From Octopus sinensis (taxonomy: Eukaryota), in NCBI RefSeq assembly GCF_006345805.1, contig NC_043017.1, positions 12,772,001 to 12,836,000 on the forward strand: a DNA stretch of 64,000 nt. The letters run 5' to 3'. The position numbers and the translations under genes are program-made. Below are positions 50,903 to 63,260 of the stretch, in pieces. Each line of letters opens with the position of its first letter. Position 1 is the first letter of the stretch. Below the pieces are notes generated by a model. That model made no database searches. It was not told the origin of the DNA and saw nothing but the letters and a program-made list of their open reading frames with translations.

Positions 50903-51035
50903 CCTGATAAGTTTGTATGGTCACCTTTTCAAATAAAATTTATAAATAATCTAAGTCCCTTCTTGTTTTCGAGAGGACTCACTTTATCACTAATGACAAC
51001 AAAGCACTAAGAATGCTAGAACAGCGTGACCACGC

Positions 51036-51128
51036 TTTATATAGATTCAGTGTCATTGTATCCCTCCGCACAAACCTTCCGCCACAGAACGAACTACTTT
51101 ATAAGAAAGCTGATCTTTGATCAGCTTT
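51036..51128 (-). promoter_or_regulatory. Candidate core/proximal promoter of the tetraspanin
   Basis: TATATAAAG on the minus strand at 51043-51035, ~135 nt upstream of the ATG; GC-box-like GGCGGAA/GCGGAGGG at ~51062-51083; perfect 10-bp inverted repeat at 51106-51128. Confidence 0.45.
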
Positions 51129-51882
51129 TGTATATTTTTATCGATCTATTTTTCTTTTTCTGGTAAATTAATTATAAATTATATCGATCAATGAGTATCT
51201 TAGTAATTTATTTATTAAAAATATAGGAAAGATAAGTTTTTTTCAATTTCGAGAATATGACAATTAATTCTTGAATTAATAAGTACTTTGGTTCAAAGAA
51301 ATTTAGTCATTCTAAAAATATGGATAAACATATGAGACAAAACTCTTGATAATCCATTTATTTGGATGTCCTTTCTCGACAAAGTATCATCTATAGATTA
51401 ACTATTTGTCGTTTTGCAGAAGAATTTTTGTTTAACGGTTTATTACTGGTTACAGCGTCGGACAAAAAATGCCTACAATATTTAGTTGCAGCTCAGTATG
51501 ATCTGAGTTCAAATCCCGCTGAAGTCTAAACTTTGTTTTTTTCATACATTAGGGATCGATAAAATAAACAACAGGCCAAATAATGGGTCGATTCCTTATA
51601 ACGCATTCGAGATTTTAAATGAAATTTGGTATATTAATAGATTCTTGTGTCAAACGAATTTGACAATTGATTGTCAAATAAAAGTTTGGCAGTGAGAATG
51701 AGGAATCTACAACCTCCAAGAGAAAAATGTTATCAACAATAAATTAGGTCGAACTATTCTTTCCATTCTTTTTTTTTTTTTTTTTTCATTGTTCTATCCA
51801 TTTATTCAGACAGACAAAAAAAAAATAAGAAGGAAGTAAAGACAACGAACTACAAATCTGACCTAATTTTATTTTATCAACT

Positions 51883-52190
51883 ACTAGCAGTATCGCCCGG
51901 CGTTGCTCGGGTTTGTAAGGGAAATAACTATATAAGCATTTTTAGAGAGTTATAGCCAAAAAATAGCGAAAAAAATGCATTAAAATGGAAAAAAATTATG
52001 GTAAATTTTTTTTTTTAATCGTAGACACACGTAGACATCGTAGACGCGCGCAAATACCCAGAAGGGCTCGATATGAATCACGACTATAAGATACCCGCTT
52101 TTGGTTACACTGCACCGCAAAATGTGGGAGTAGTTAGGAATCTAAATCGTAGGAGACAGACACACAACCTCTCTTTTATATATAAAGATT
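51883..52190 (+). mobile_element. Helitron/Helentron-type non-autonomous element
   Basis: 5' ACTAGCAGTATCGCCCGGCGTTGCTCGGG; 3' GACAGACACAC...TTTTATATATAAAGA|TT, the DINE-1/HINE-like architecture. Confidence 0.65.
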
Positions 52191-52710
52191 TTTCATTGTT
52201 GTTTCTTCCTTATGTGTTTCGCCTTTCCTCTTTCATTCATTCCAGTCATTGGACTGCGGCCATGCTGGGGCACTTCCCTGAAAAGTTTGGACAAACAAAT
52301 CGATCCCAGTACCATTTTTTTTTGTCTGGTACTTATTCTGTCAGATTCTTTTGTTGAACTATTAAGTTACAGGGACATCAAAAAACGAACACCGGTTGTC
52401 AAGCAGTGATGGGGGACAAACACACACACACATGCACATATACACACATACATACATGGCAGGCTTCCACACAGTTTCCATCTACCAAACTGTTTTCGGG
52501 AGGACTCACTTTATCACTAATGACAACAAAGCACTAAGAATAAGTTGGCCTAGAGTTTTAGTAAGACATTTGCCTAATGTTCTATGCAGTAGGACGGAAC
52601 CTAAAACCACATGGTTGAAAAGAAAGCCTCTTAACCACACAGCCATCTCTGCTGTGGGTTCCAATTTAGGTAGCAAACCCAATAATTTTCACAGGAAGGG
52701 ATTAATCAAT

Positions 52711-53129
52711 ACCTATTTCTTTATTACCCACAAGGGGCTAAACATAGAGGGGACAAACAAGGACAGACATAGGTATTAAGTCGATTACATCGACCCCAGT
52801 GCGTAACTGGTACTTAATTTATCGACCCCAAAAGGATGAAAGGCAAAGTCGACCTCGGCGGAATTTGAACTCAGAACGTAGCGGCAGACGAAATACCTAT
52901 TTCTTTATTGCCCACAAGGGGCTAAACATAGAGGGGACAAACAAGGACAGACATAGGTATTAAGTCGATTACATCGACCCCAGTGCGTAACTGGTACTTA
53001 ATTTATCGACCCCGAAAGGATGAAAGGCAAAGTCGACCTCGGCGGAATTTGAACTCAGAACGTAGCGGCAGACGAAATACCGCTCAGCATTTCGTCCGGC
53101 GCACTAACGTTTCTGCCAGCTCGCCGCCT
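52711..53129 (-). mobile_element. SINE family B dimer (184-bp unit) with single TSD
   Basis: TSD ggattaatcaatacc on both sides; junction aaagaaataGGTATTTCGTCTG, same as at 24936. Confidence 0.87.
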
Positions 53130-55539
53130 AAGGATTAATCAATACCATCTAAGGGTTAATCAATACCATCACCCACTGTACTCAACTGATACTTTATTTT
53201 ATTAACCCTGGAAGGGTAAAGGGCAAAAAGTTGAGCTCAGTGGGATTTGAACTCAGGACGCAAAAGATCTGGTACGGTGACCTCAATGCATGTCTTCTGA
53301 TGTCCTAACTTTGTGTTTAACCCTTTAGCGTTCAGATTATTCTGTCAAACATAATGCCTTTTGATTCCCATTGATTTGAATTAATCATGCATTATCTCAT
53401 ATCTTCAAGATCTTGATGGTGCAATTACTTAATGTAGAATAACATTGTAGGGTAGGTGTGAGAGCCTGGATCTGATCAATTTGAACATAAAACAGATTAA
53501 CTATTTTGGCCGGATATGATCGGTTTAAATACTAAAGGGTTAAATATGAGGGGATGCTGAAAGGTTCCTGGCTTGGGGTAAAAGAAAATACAGGAGGATC
53601 AGTTAATTATGACCTTATTCAACATGTCCCCCTCTCAAATTCATACTTTTATTGCAACCTTTCTTTCAGTTTTTCTAAGCCCTGTAAAAGAACTAAGAAG
53701 GTCGGGCCTTGAACCAGGCCTTTTGCAATACCCTTAAAGCCAGGAACTTTTCAGCAACCCCTCATAATAAACATACAGGCAGGCTTGTGTGGAGATGTGA
53801 AGGGGTTTTGGTAAGCCAGATGGGCCAGGTTTATGATTTTGAAGGACCCTTCTTCCACCTGTTTGACCATGGGGGACTCCTTTGGTAAAGCGCTAACATA
53901 ATTATATAATAATATATTTCTTTACTACCCACAAGAGGCTAAAACATAGAAGGGACAAACAAGGACAGACAAACGGATTAAGTCGATTATATCAACCCCA
54001 GTGCGAAACTAGTACTTTATTTATCGACCCCGAAAGGATGAAAGGCAAAGTCGACCTTGGCAGCATTTGAACTCAGAACGTAATGACAGACGAAATACCG
54101 CCAAACATCTCGCCCGGTGCGCTTAACGTTTCTGCCAGCTCGCCACCCTCTAACATAATTATATAATTATAAACACCATTCGAGCATGGTTGATGCCAGT
54201 GCCACCTGACTGGCTCCCATGCTGATGGCACATAAAAAGCACTATTCTAGTGTGGTTGATGCAGTGCTGGCAGCATATATAAAGCACCATTCGAGCATGG
54301 TTGATGCCAGTACCGCCTGACTGGCCCCCGTGCTGGTGGCATACAAAAAGCACCCACTACACTCTCGGAGTGGTTGGAGCATACATTTCATATCTGGCTT
54401 AATCCTACTTTCAACTTCTGACATGAGTTTATATCTTCTGTCTGGCCTAGTCCTACATTCCACATCTAGCCTGAGGCTACATTTCACAATTTTTTTTTTT
54501 TTTACCAAACCAGGTACTTATTCTATTGGTCTTTTTTTCTGAACCACTAAGTTACAGGGATGTAAACACACCAATACCAATTATCAAGTGGTGTGTGTGA
54601 GTATGGGGAGACAAACACAGACACATACATACAAACACACACACATATATATATATAAACATCATCATCATCATCATCGTTTAACGTCTGCTTTCCTTGC
54701 TAGCATGGGTTGGACGGTTCGACCAGGATCTAGGAAGCCAGGAGGCTGCAACCAGCTCCAGTCTGATCTGGCAGTGTTTCTACAGCTGGATGCCCTTCCT
54801 AACGCTAACCACTCCATGAGTGTAGTGGATGCTTTTTACGTGCCACCGGCACAGGGGCCAGAGGAGGCTGGAAACAGCCACATTCAGATGGTGCTTTGTA
54901 CATGCCACTGGCATGGATATCACAACTACTATTTCCATTTGATTTTTATTTTGATGTTGATGTACTTGACTCAATAGGTCTCCTCAAGCACAGCAGGCCA
55001 TCCTGCGAACATATATCTATATATATATAAGAAGGCGGCAAGCTGGCAGAAACGTTAGCACGCCGGGCGAAATGCGTTGCCGTATTTCGTCTGCCGCTAC
55101 ATTATTCCGAGTTCAAATTCTGCCGAGGTCAACTTTGCCTTTCATCCTTCCGGGGTCGATAAATTAAGTACCAGTTATGCACTGGGGTCGATGTAATCGA
55201 CTTAATCCGTTTGTCTGTCCTTGTTTGTCTCCTCTGTGTTTAGCCCCTTGTGGGTAGTAAAGAAATATATATCTATATATATATCTATATATATGTATGT
55301 GGGACTTCTTTCAGTTTCAGTTTCAGTTTACCAAATTCATTCACAAGGCTTTGGTTGGCCCGAAGCCATAATAAAATACACTTGCCCAAGGTGCTACAAA
55401 GTGAGACTGAACCTGGAACCACATGGTTGGGAAGCAAGCTTCTTACCATACAACCACGAGTTTAATCATTAATAAAAAAAAAAAAGCCAGGTATTTCAGT
55501 AAACACCTTAATTTCTTCATATCTTATCATTGAACAAAA

Positions 55540-55790
55540 TTTCATCGGCTGCTGCTGCTGTTGTTGTTGTTGTAGTTTTTGTTGTTATTGTTGCCACAGC
55601 ACCTGCTGTTGTTGCTGACGTTGCTGTTGTGACTATTGTTGCTACTGTTACTGCTGCTAATCCTATTCATGTCATTGTTCTGGTGGTTGTTGTTGCTACA
55701 GCTATCATTATTGTTGTTCTTGTTGTTATTGCCATTGAAGCTGTTGTTCTTGTTGTTGCTACTTGTTTGTTTGTTTGTTTGTTTGTTGAG
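55540..55790. repeat. (GTT)n/(GCT)n-derived low-complexity tract ending in (TTTG)n
   Basis: Directly visible. Confidence 0.85.
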
Positions 55791-56162
55791 CGAATCGGTC
55801 TTCGTTCCCAGAGCTCGCAAGGTGGGAGAAGTCCGATATGTGGTCCTTTGCTATTCGTAAGACCCGCAGAAGAGAAAGCAGGTCAACCCCCCCGCCCCGA
55901 CAGCCTCACTTGGTTCCCGGATTAATGTGCATCGAGGCTCAGTGGTTGCGTAGGAAGTCGGAGACAAGAAACAGGAAGAAAGAGTGAGAGAAAGTTGGGG
56001 GCGAAAGAGTACAACAGGGGTCGCCACCCACCCCCTGCTGGAGCCTCGTTGAGCTCTAGGTGTTTTCGCTCAATAAACACACACAACGCCCAGTCTGGGA
56101 ATCGAAACCTCAATCCTCTGACCGCAAGTCCGCTGCCCCAACCACTGGGCCATTGCGCCTCC
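55765..56162 (-). mobile_element. SINE family C head with tail type ii and (AAAC)n end
   Basis: Same head and core as the 31343 copy up to ctctttcttc, then unrelated 3' sequence. Confidence 0.8.
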
Positions 56163-56349
56163 ACTGTTGTTGCTGCTATTTTCACTGCTTGCAGGCGTAG
56201 CTGTGTGGTAAGAAACTGGCTTCCCAACTTCATGGTTCCAATTTCAGTCTCACTGCATGACACCTTGGGCAAGTGTCTTCGACTATAGCCTCAGGCCTAC
56301 CAAACACTTGAAAGTGGATCTGGGAGATGGAAACTGAAAGAAGCCCATC

Positions 56350-56900
56350 GTGTGTGTGTGTGTGTGTGTGCGCATGTGTTTGTGTGTGTGCATGTGTTTG
56401 TGTGTGTGCATGTTTGTGTGCATGTGTTTGTGTGTATAAGTGTGTTCGTGTATGTGTGTGTGTGTGTGTTATGTGTGTGTGTGTGTGTGACTCTGTGTGA
56501 ATGTGTTACATTTGTGTGTGACTCTGTGTGTGTGTGCGTGTGTGTGACTCTGTGTGTGTAGGCGTGTGTGTGTGTTTGTGTGTGTCTGTGAGTGTGAGTG
56601 TGTGTGACTGTGTGAGTCTGTGCGTGCGTGTGTGTGTGTGTGACTCTGGTTGTTTGTGTGTGTGTGTGTGCGTGTGCGTGTGTGTGTGTGTGGTGTGTGT
56701 GTTATGTGTGTGTGTGTGTGTGACTCTGTGTGAATGTGTTACATTTGTGTGTGACTCTGTGTGTGTGTGCGTGTGTGTGACTCTGTGTGTGTAGGCGTGT
56801 GTGTGTGTTTGTGTGTGTCTGTGAGTGTGAGTGTGTGTGACTGTGTGAGTCTGTGCGTGCGTGTGTGTGTGTGTGACTCTGGTTGTTTGTGTGTGTGTGT

Positions 56901-56933
<33 letters not shown>

Positions 56934-56935
56934 CA
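56350..56935. repeat. Degenerate (TG)n field containing a 233-bp tandem duplication
   Basis: Interrupted pattern gttatg...gactctgtgtgaatgtgttacattt...gactctggttgttt recurs at 56468 and 56701. Confidence 0.9.
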
Positions 56936-57189
56936 TGTTAGTGTCTCCATGCCCTTGCATTGTATGATGGTTGTAGGCAGGTGTCACCACAAATGGTGTC
57001 CTTCATTTCCAATCTTCTGCGAATACATGCTTGCCCCTGGGTAAATATTACCTTACTTGGAAACAAGTGAGTGTCATTGTTCTTGGATGTTTCTGGGACC
57101 ATGAGGTGGTCTGAATTACAGGAAATCAAGAGGATGCACACTCACATAATATATAAACACGCCAGCCTTGTGGCCATTGCCAGCCTCGG

Positions 57190-59245
57190 GCCGTTGCCAG
57201 CCTCGCCTGGCCCCCGTGCTGGTGGCACGTAAAAAGCACCATCCGATCGTGGCCGTTTGCCAGCCTCGCCTGGCCCCTGTGCTGGTGGCACGTAAAAAGC
57301 ACCATCCGATCGTGGTCGTTTGCCAGCCTCGCCTGGCCCCTGTGCTGGTGGCACGTAAAAAGCACCATCCGATCGTGGCCGTTTGCCAGCCTTGCCTGGC
57401 CCCTGTGCTGGTGGCACGTAAAAAGCACCATCCGATCGTGGTCGTTTGCCAGCCTCGCCTGGCCCCTGTGCTGGTGGCACATAAAAAGCACCATCCGATC
57501 GTGGCCGTTTGCCAGCCTTGCCTGGCCCCTGTGCTGGTGGCACGTAAAAAGCACCATCCGATCGTGGTCGTTTGCCAGCCTCGCCTGGCCCCTGTGCTGG
57601 TGGCACATAAAAAGCACATCCGATCGTGGCCGTTTGCCAGCCTTGCCTGGCCCCTGTGCTGGTGGCACGTAAAAAGCACCATCCGATCGTGGTCGTTTGC
57701 CAGCCTCGTGGCCCCGTGCTGGGTGGCACATAAAAAGCACCATCCGATCGTGGTCGGTTTGCCAGCCTTGCCTGGCCCCTGTGCTGGTGGCACGTAAAAA
57801 GCACCATCCGATCGTGGCCGTTTGCCAGCCTCGTCTGGCACCTGTGCTGGTGGCACGTAAAAAGCACCATCCGATCGTGGCCGTTTGCCAGCCTCGTCTG
57901 GCACCTGTGCTGGTGGCACGTAAAAAGCACCATCCGATCGTGGGCGTTTGACAGCCTTGCCTGGCCCCCGTGCTAGTGGCCCGTAAAAAGCACCATCCGA
58001 TCGTGGCCGTTTGCCAGCCTTGCCTGGCCCCTGTGCTGGTGGCACGTAAAAAGCACCATCCGATCGTGGCCGTTTGCCAGCCTCGTCTGGCACCTGTGCT
58101 GGTGGCACGTAAAAAGCACCATCCGATCGTGGTCGTTTGCCAGCCTTGCCTGGCCCCCGTGCTAGTGGCACATAAAAAGCACCATCCGATCGTGGCCGTT
58201 TGCCAGCCTCGTCTGGCACCTGTGCAGGTGGCACGTAAAAAGCACCATCCGATCGTGGCCGTTTGCCAGCCTCGTCTGGCACCTGTGCTGGTGGCACGTA
58301 AAAAGCACCATCCGATCGTGGCCGTTTGCCAGCCTTGCCTGGCCCCGTGCTAGTGGCACGTAAAAAGCACCATCCGATCGTGGCCGTTTGCCAGCCTCGT
58401 CTGGCACCTGTGCTGGTGGCACGTTAAAAAGCACCATCCGATCGTGGCCGTTTGCCAGCCTTGCCTGGCCCCTGTGCGGTGGCACGTAAAAAGCACCATC
58501 CGATCGTGGCCGTTTGCCAGCCTCGTCTGGCACCTGTGCTGGTGGCACGTAAAAAGCACCATCCGATCGTGGCCGTTTGCCAGCCTTGCCTGGCCCCTGT
58601 GCTGGTGGCACGTAAAAAGCACCATCCGATCGTGGTCGTTTGCCAGCCTTGCCTGGCCCCCGTGCTAGTGGCACATAAAAAGCACCATCCGATCGTGGCC
58701 GTTGCCAGCCTCGGCTGGCCCCCGTTGCAGTTGGACGGAAAAAAGCACCATCCGATCGTGGCCGTTTGCCAGCCTTGCCTGGCCCCTGTGCTGGTGGCAC
58801 GTAAAAAGCACCATCCGATCGTGGTCGTTTGCCAGCCTTGCCTGGCCCCCGTGCTAGTGGCACATAAAAAGCACCATCCGATCGTGGCCGTTTGCCAGCC
58901 TCGCCTGGCCCCCGTGCTAGTGGCACGTAAAAAGCACCATCCGATCGTGGCCGTTTGCCAGCCTTGCCTGGCCCCTGTGCTGGTGGCACGTAAAAAGCAC
59001 CATCCGATCGTGGTCGTTTGCCAGCCTTGCCTGGCCCCCGTGCTAGTGGCACATAAAAAGCACCATCCGATCGTGGCCGTTTGCCAGCCTTGTCTGGCAC
59101 CTGTGCAGGTGGCACGTAAAAAGCAACATCCGATCGTGGTCGTTTGCCAGCCTTGCCTGGCCCCCGTGCCAGTGGCACGTAAAAAGCACCATCCAATCGT
59201 GGCCGTTTGCCAGCCTCGTCTGGCACCCGTGCAGGTGGCACGTAA
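57190..59245. repeat. Minisatellite array, ~33 x 63 bp, expanded within an RTE LINE 3' UTR
   Basis: Unit ggtggcacgtaaaaagcaccatccgatcgtggccgtttgccagcct(c/t)g(c/t)ctggc(c/a)cctgtgct (57221, 57284, ... 59234); runs directly into the normal RTE 3' end and (GAT)n tail at 59241-59437. Confidence 0.95.
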
Positions 59246-59402
59246 AAAGCACCCACTACACTCATGGAGTGGTTGGCGTTAGGAAGGGCATCCAGCCGTA
59301 GAAACACTACCAGATCAGACTGGAGCCTGGCGCAGCCTTCTGGCTTCCCAGACCCCAGTTGAACCGTCCAACCCATGCTAGCATGGAAAGCGGACGTTAA
59401 AC

Positions 59403-59438
<36 letters not shown>

Positions 59439-59840
59439 CTTCCCAGTTTGTGAATAATCGTAGCACCTAAGCAAGCAGTACTGTATCAGTTGGAAAGTCA
59501 TTAACTGTAAAACCACATGGTGACCTGTCTTTTAGCCTTTAGCTTTTACTTGTTTCAATCATCAGAATATGGCCTTGCTGGGGCACCACCTTGAAAAATT
59601 TTTAGTCGAATGAATCAATCCAAGTACTTATTTTTTTAAGCCGTTACTTATTCTATTGGTCACTTTTGCCAAACCACTAAGTTATGGAGTTGTAAACACA
59701 CCAACACTGGGGACAAACACAGACAGAAAGACACACATACATAGATATATATGTGTGTATGTGTGTGTGTGTGTGTGTGTACACAACAGGCTTCTCTGCA
59801 TCTAAATCCACTCACAAGGCTCTGGTCAGCCTGAGGCTAC

Positions 59841-59884
<44 letters not shown>

Positions 59885-60296
59885 CAGTAGCAGCAGCAGC
59901 AGTGGCAGCAGCAGCAATATATTTGTGTTTGTTTTGATATTAAGATTGAAAAAAAAAAAAAAAAACCTTGTTTGTGAAATATTTTGGACCTGGGTTCACT
60001 CCCCGCTAAACAAATTTCATTGCTACATTTTTGTGTAAAACCTGAAGATCATTCTGCTTCTGGTAGTTCTGTCCAATGCTGTGAAAGGCTGTTCTATCCG
60101 AAGAGTAAGTACAATTTTGTGTGTGCTTCTCTCACTAGAATAAATTCTATGCAGAGGAACTTCCAGGAAAAACACATTACCTTCAAAAAAGCCCTGCAGC
60201 AATGGGAGAAGGATATGTCTGTACTAGTGCATGCAACAAATAGCTATAAGGTGGGAGGCTATGGGTTGGTGCATGTGTGCATGCAGTTCTTTGTTA

Positions 60297-61197
60297 GAAA
60301 CATAGTGGTACCATCTGATGTCCTGAATGATTCTCAGGGTTTTACTTTCATATGATACAGCAGCCGCAGGCTAGAAGAGGTCTCATGGCAGGCCCCACAC
60401 CAGATGGCCAGATGTGGCTGGGGGAAACATAGTGGTACCATCTGATGTCCTCAATGATTCTCAGGGTTTTACTTCCATATAATACAGCAGCAGCCGCAGG
60501 CTAGAAGAGGTCTCATGGCAGGCCCCACACCAGATGGCCAGATGTGGCTGGGGGAAACATAGTGGTACCATCTGATGTCCTCAATGATTCTCAGGGTTTT
60601 ACTTCCATATAATACAGCAGCAGCCGCAGGCTAGAAGAGGTCTCATGGCAGGCCCCACACCAGATGGCCAGATGTGGCTGGGGGAAACATAGTGGTACCA
60701 TCTGATGTCCTCAATGATTCTCAGGGTTTTACTTTCATATGATACAGCAGCAGCCGCAGGCTAGAAGAGGTCTCATGGCAGGCCCCACACCAGATGGCCA
60801 GATGTGGCTGGGGGAAACATAGTGGTACCATCTGATGTCCTCAATGATTCTCAGGGTTTTACTTCCATATGATACAGCAGCAGCCGCAGGCTAGAAGAGG
60901 TCTCATGGCAGGCCCCACACCAGATGGCCAGATGTGGCTGGGGGAAACATAGTGGTACCATCTGATGTCCTCAATGATTCTCAGGGTTTTACTTTCATAT
61001 GATACAGCAGCCGCAGGCTAGAAGAGGTCTCATGGCAGGCCCCACACCAGATGGCCAGATGTGGCTGGGGGAAACATAGTGGTACCATCTGATGTCCTCA
61101 ATGATTCTCAGGGTTTTACTTCCATATGATACAGCAGCCGCAGGCTAGAAGAGGTCTCATGGCAGGCCCCACACCAGATGGCCAGATGTGGCTGGGG
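60297..61197. repeat. Tandem array, 7 x 127-130 bp, derived from RTE ORF2 C-terminal coding sequence
   Basis: Units start at 60297, 60424, 60554, 60684, 60814, 60944 and 61071, differing mainly by one CAG; the last unit reads on into KRSHGRPHTRWPDVAGGDLQRLDITLEDAEGL (RTE GRPRTRW motif). Confidence 0.92.
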
Positions 61198-61719
61198 GAG
61201 ATCTGCAGAGGCTCGACATCACCTTGGAGGATGCAGAGGGGCTGGTGCAGGCCTGCAAATGATGGGGGAGCACTGGTGGACCTGGTTGGTTCTATGCATG
61301 ATGATGTCTCTGGGACCACTGACCTGGGATGACCCCAACCCCTCAAGCAAAAAGCAAGCAATAGGAGTAGTGGAATGCACTGGCTTGACCAACTGGAAGC
61401 ATGGAATCACAAACCTGCACATAGGCATCTAAATGGCTATTGGTCGTCTCTTTGCAAAACTATAGTAACAGAGAGATTTGGCAGCATCTCTTGTGATTGA
61501 ATAATTCTTACCAGGTATAGCACTGCTCACCTGTTAATTAGGAAGGATCTAGAAAAGATAGTCTAAATAAAGCTTAGCTAATTCTGGAACTGGCCAGCCG
61601 TTCCTTGGCTGGTAGTTGTCCTCCCTTAGTAGGTTTCCATGGTAACATCCAAGAAATTTACGATTTTCTGTGAATTAGTCATACTTGGACAAAAGTTGAT
61701 TTCAACCGTGTATAGAAGC

Positions 61720-61803
61720 ATGTATATATAGGCATGCATACATGCATGTACAAACATATATAGAAAATGCATGCACACATATATAGAAAATGCATGCATG
61801 CAT

Positions 61804-61843
<40 letters not shown>

Positions 61844-62330
61844 TTATGCATATATGCATGCATATATTTGTATGCATGTATCTATTGATATATACATATG
61901 AATAATTATGCATATGTACTAATGCATGCACATACATATGTATATGCAAATATGCCTGCATGTGTGCATGCATGAATGCACATTGGTATATATGTATGCA
62001 TGCATGTATATAGGCATGCAAACAGGCATAGACATATATACATATGCATGCATTGACATGTTTTATGCAAGTATGCGTGCGTGCATGTACATATTAATGT
62101 GCACGTAAGCATGCATGCATGCATAGATGTATGCATGTATCTGTGCATGCATGTATCTATTGTGTATAAGCATACATGCATGCATATATGTATGCATTTA
62201 TCTGTGCATGCATGTATCTGTGCATGCATGTATCTATTGTGTATAAGCATACATGCATGCATGCATGCATATATGTATGCTTGCATACATACATGTATGT
62301 GTGTATGTGTGCAGGCGCGCACGTTTGCAC
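61720..62330. repeat. Degenerate (TGCA/TATG)n low-complexity field
   Basis: Directly visible. Confidence 0.9.
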
Positions 62331-62944
62331 GTATCGTTTTGAAATAACAGATTGTTGCGTTTTTGTGCATCCATACATTACTATCTCACTCGCGCTGCGA
62401 ATTTCAGCAGTTTAGGAAGTCGAAAGAGATGACGTCTTCACAATGAGATCCCGAATACGCTTCACCTTACTGGCTGCTACTTTCACTTAGCTTATTCTCT
62501 CTCTCTCTCTCCGGAGCCATAAATCGCCAGTCATGGCATTATAACCGAATTTTAACACTACTCCGCTGAACATATTTAACACCTGTAACGAAAAAATTTT
62601 CTTCGTTTAACCATTTTTCTCTCGTCTCCAAGAAAAGTTGAGCTAGGAACTGATAGAACGTCAGCGAAGAATTTCTAAATAGCAGCATCATGTTTTGGAA
62701 TCTTTGAACATGTAATATGATATATCATTATGGCGATCCCCTACCATTATCCGAACTAGCTTATAACACGTATTTCTCCACTAATGCCAAACGTTCTTAA
62801 GATTCAAAGATGTTGAAGTGTAATGGAAATAATAAAATGGACTGCTGCTTGTGATATTTTTTCCTAAACACTGACCGATATTTGGGGAACGTCTTGTTTT
62901 AAATGAGAACACATTTCGTTTTTACCCCTGCCCTGCTTGTCTCA

Positions 62945-62979
62945 TGCTCTCTCTCTCTATCTCTCTCTCTATCTATCTA

Positions 62980-63010
<31 letters not shown>

Positions 63011-63025
63011 TTCTCTTTCTCTCTT

Positions 63026-63056
<31 letters not shown>

Positions 63057-63154
63057 TGCACGCTGTCTCCCATACAAACATACACACACACACACAAGCA
63101 CATACGGACTCTTTCACACACACATGCATATACGCTTGCTTTTTCTACCCACTC

Positions 63155-63194
<40 letters not shown>

Positions 63195-63260
63195 ACCAAA
63201 TGCAGTTTGCAAACAAGACGATCCGTGCGTGTGTGTGTGTTTGCGTGCCCGTGCGGGTGT
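62945..63260. repeat. (CT)n/(CA)n/(TG)n microsatellites
   Basis: Directly visible. Confidence 0.9.

Noticed and set aside
55542-55925. Poly-Asn and poly-Val/Leu ORFs
   Set aside because: Translations of a (GTT)n low-complexity tract
57116-59466. 393-aa and 434-aa ORFs (and overlapping plus-strand ORFs) as novel repeat proteins
   Set aside because: They are the stop-free frames of a 63-bp (21-codon) minisatellite inside a LINE 3' UTR; open on both strands, broken by single-base indels, no splice or Kozak context
57190-61197. CRISPR-like arrays
   Set aside because: Units are contiguous with no unique spacers, there are no cas genes, and the context is eukaryotic with both units traceable to RTE LINE sequence
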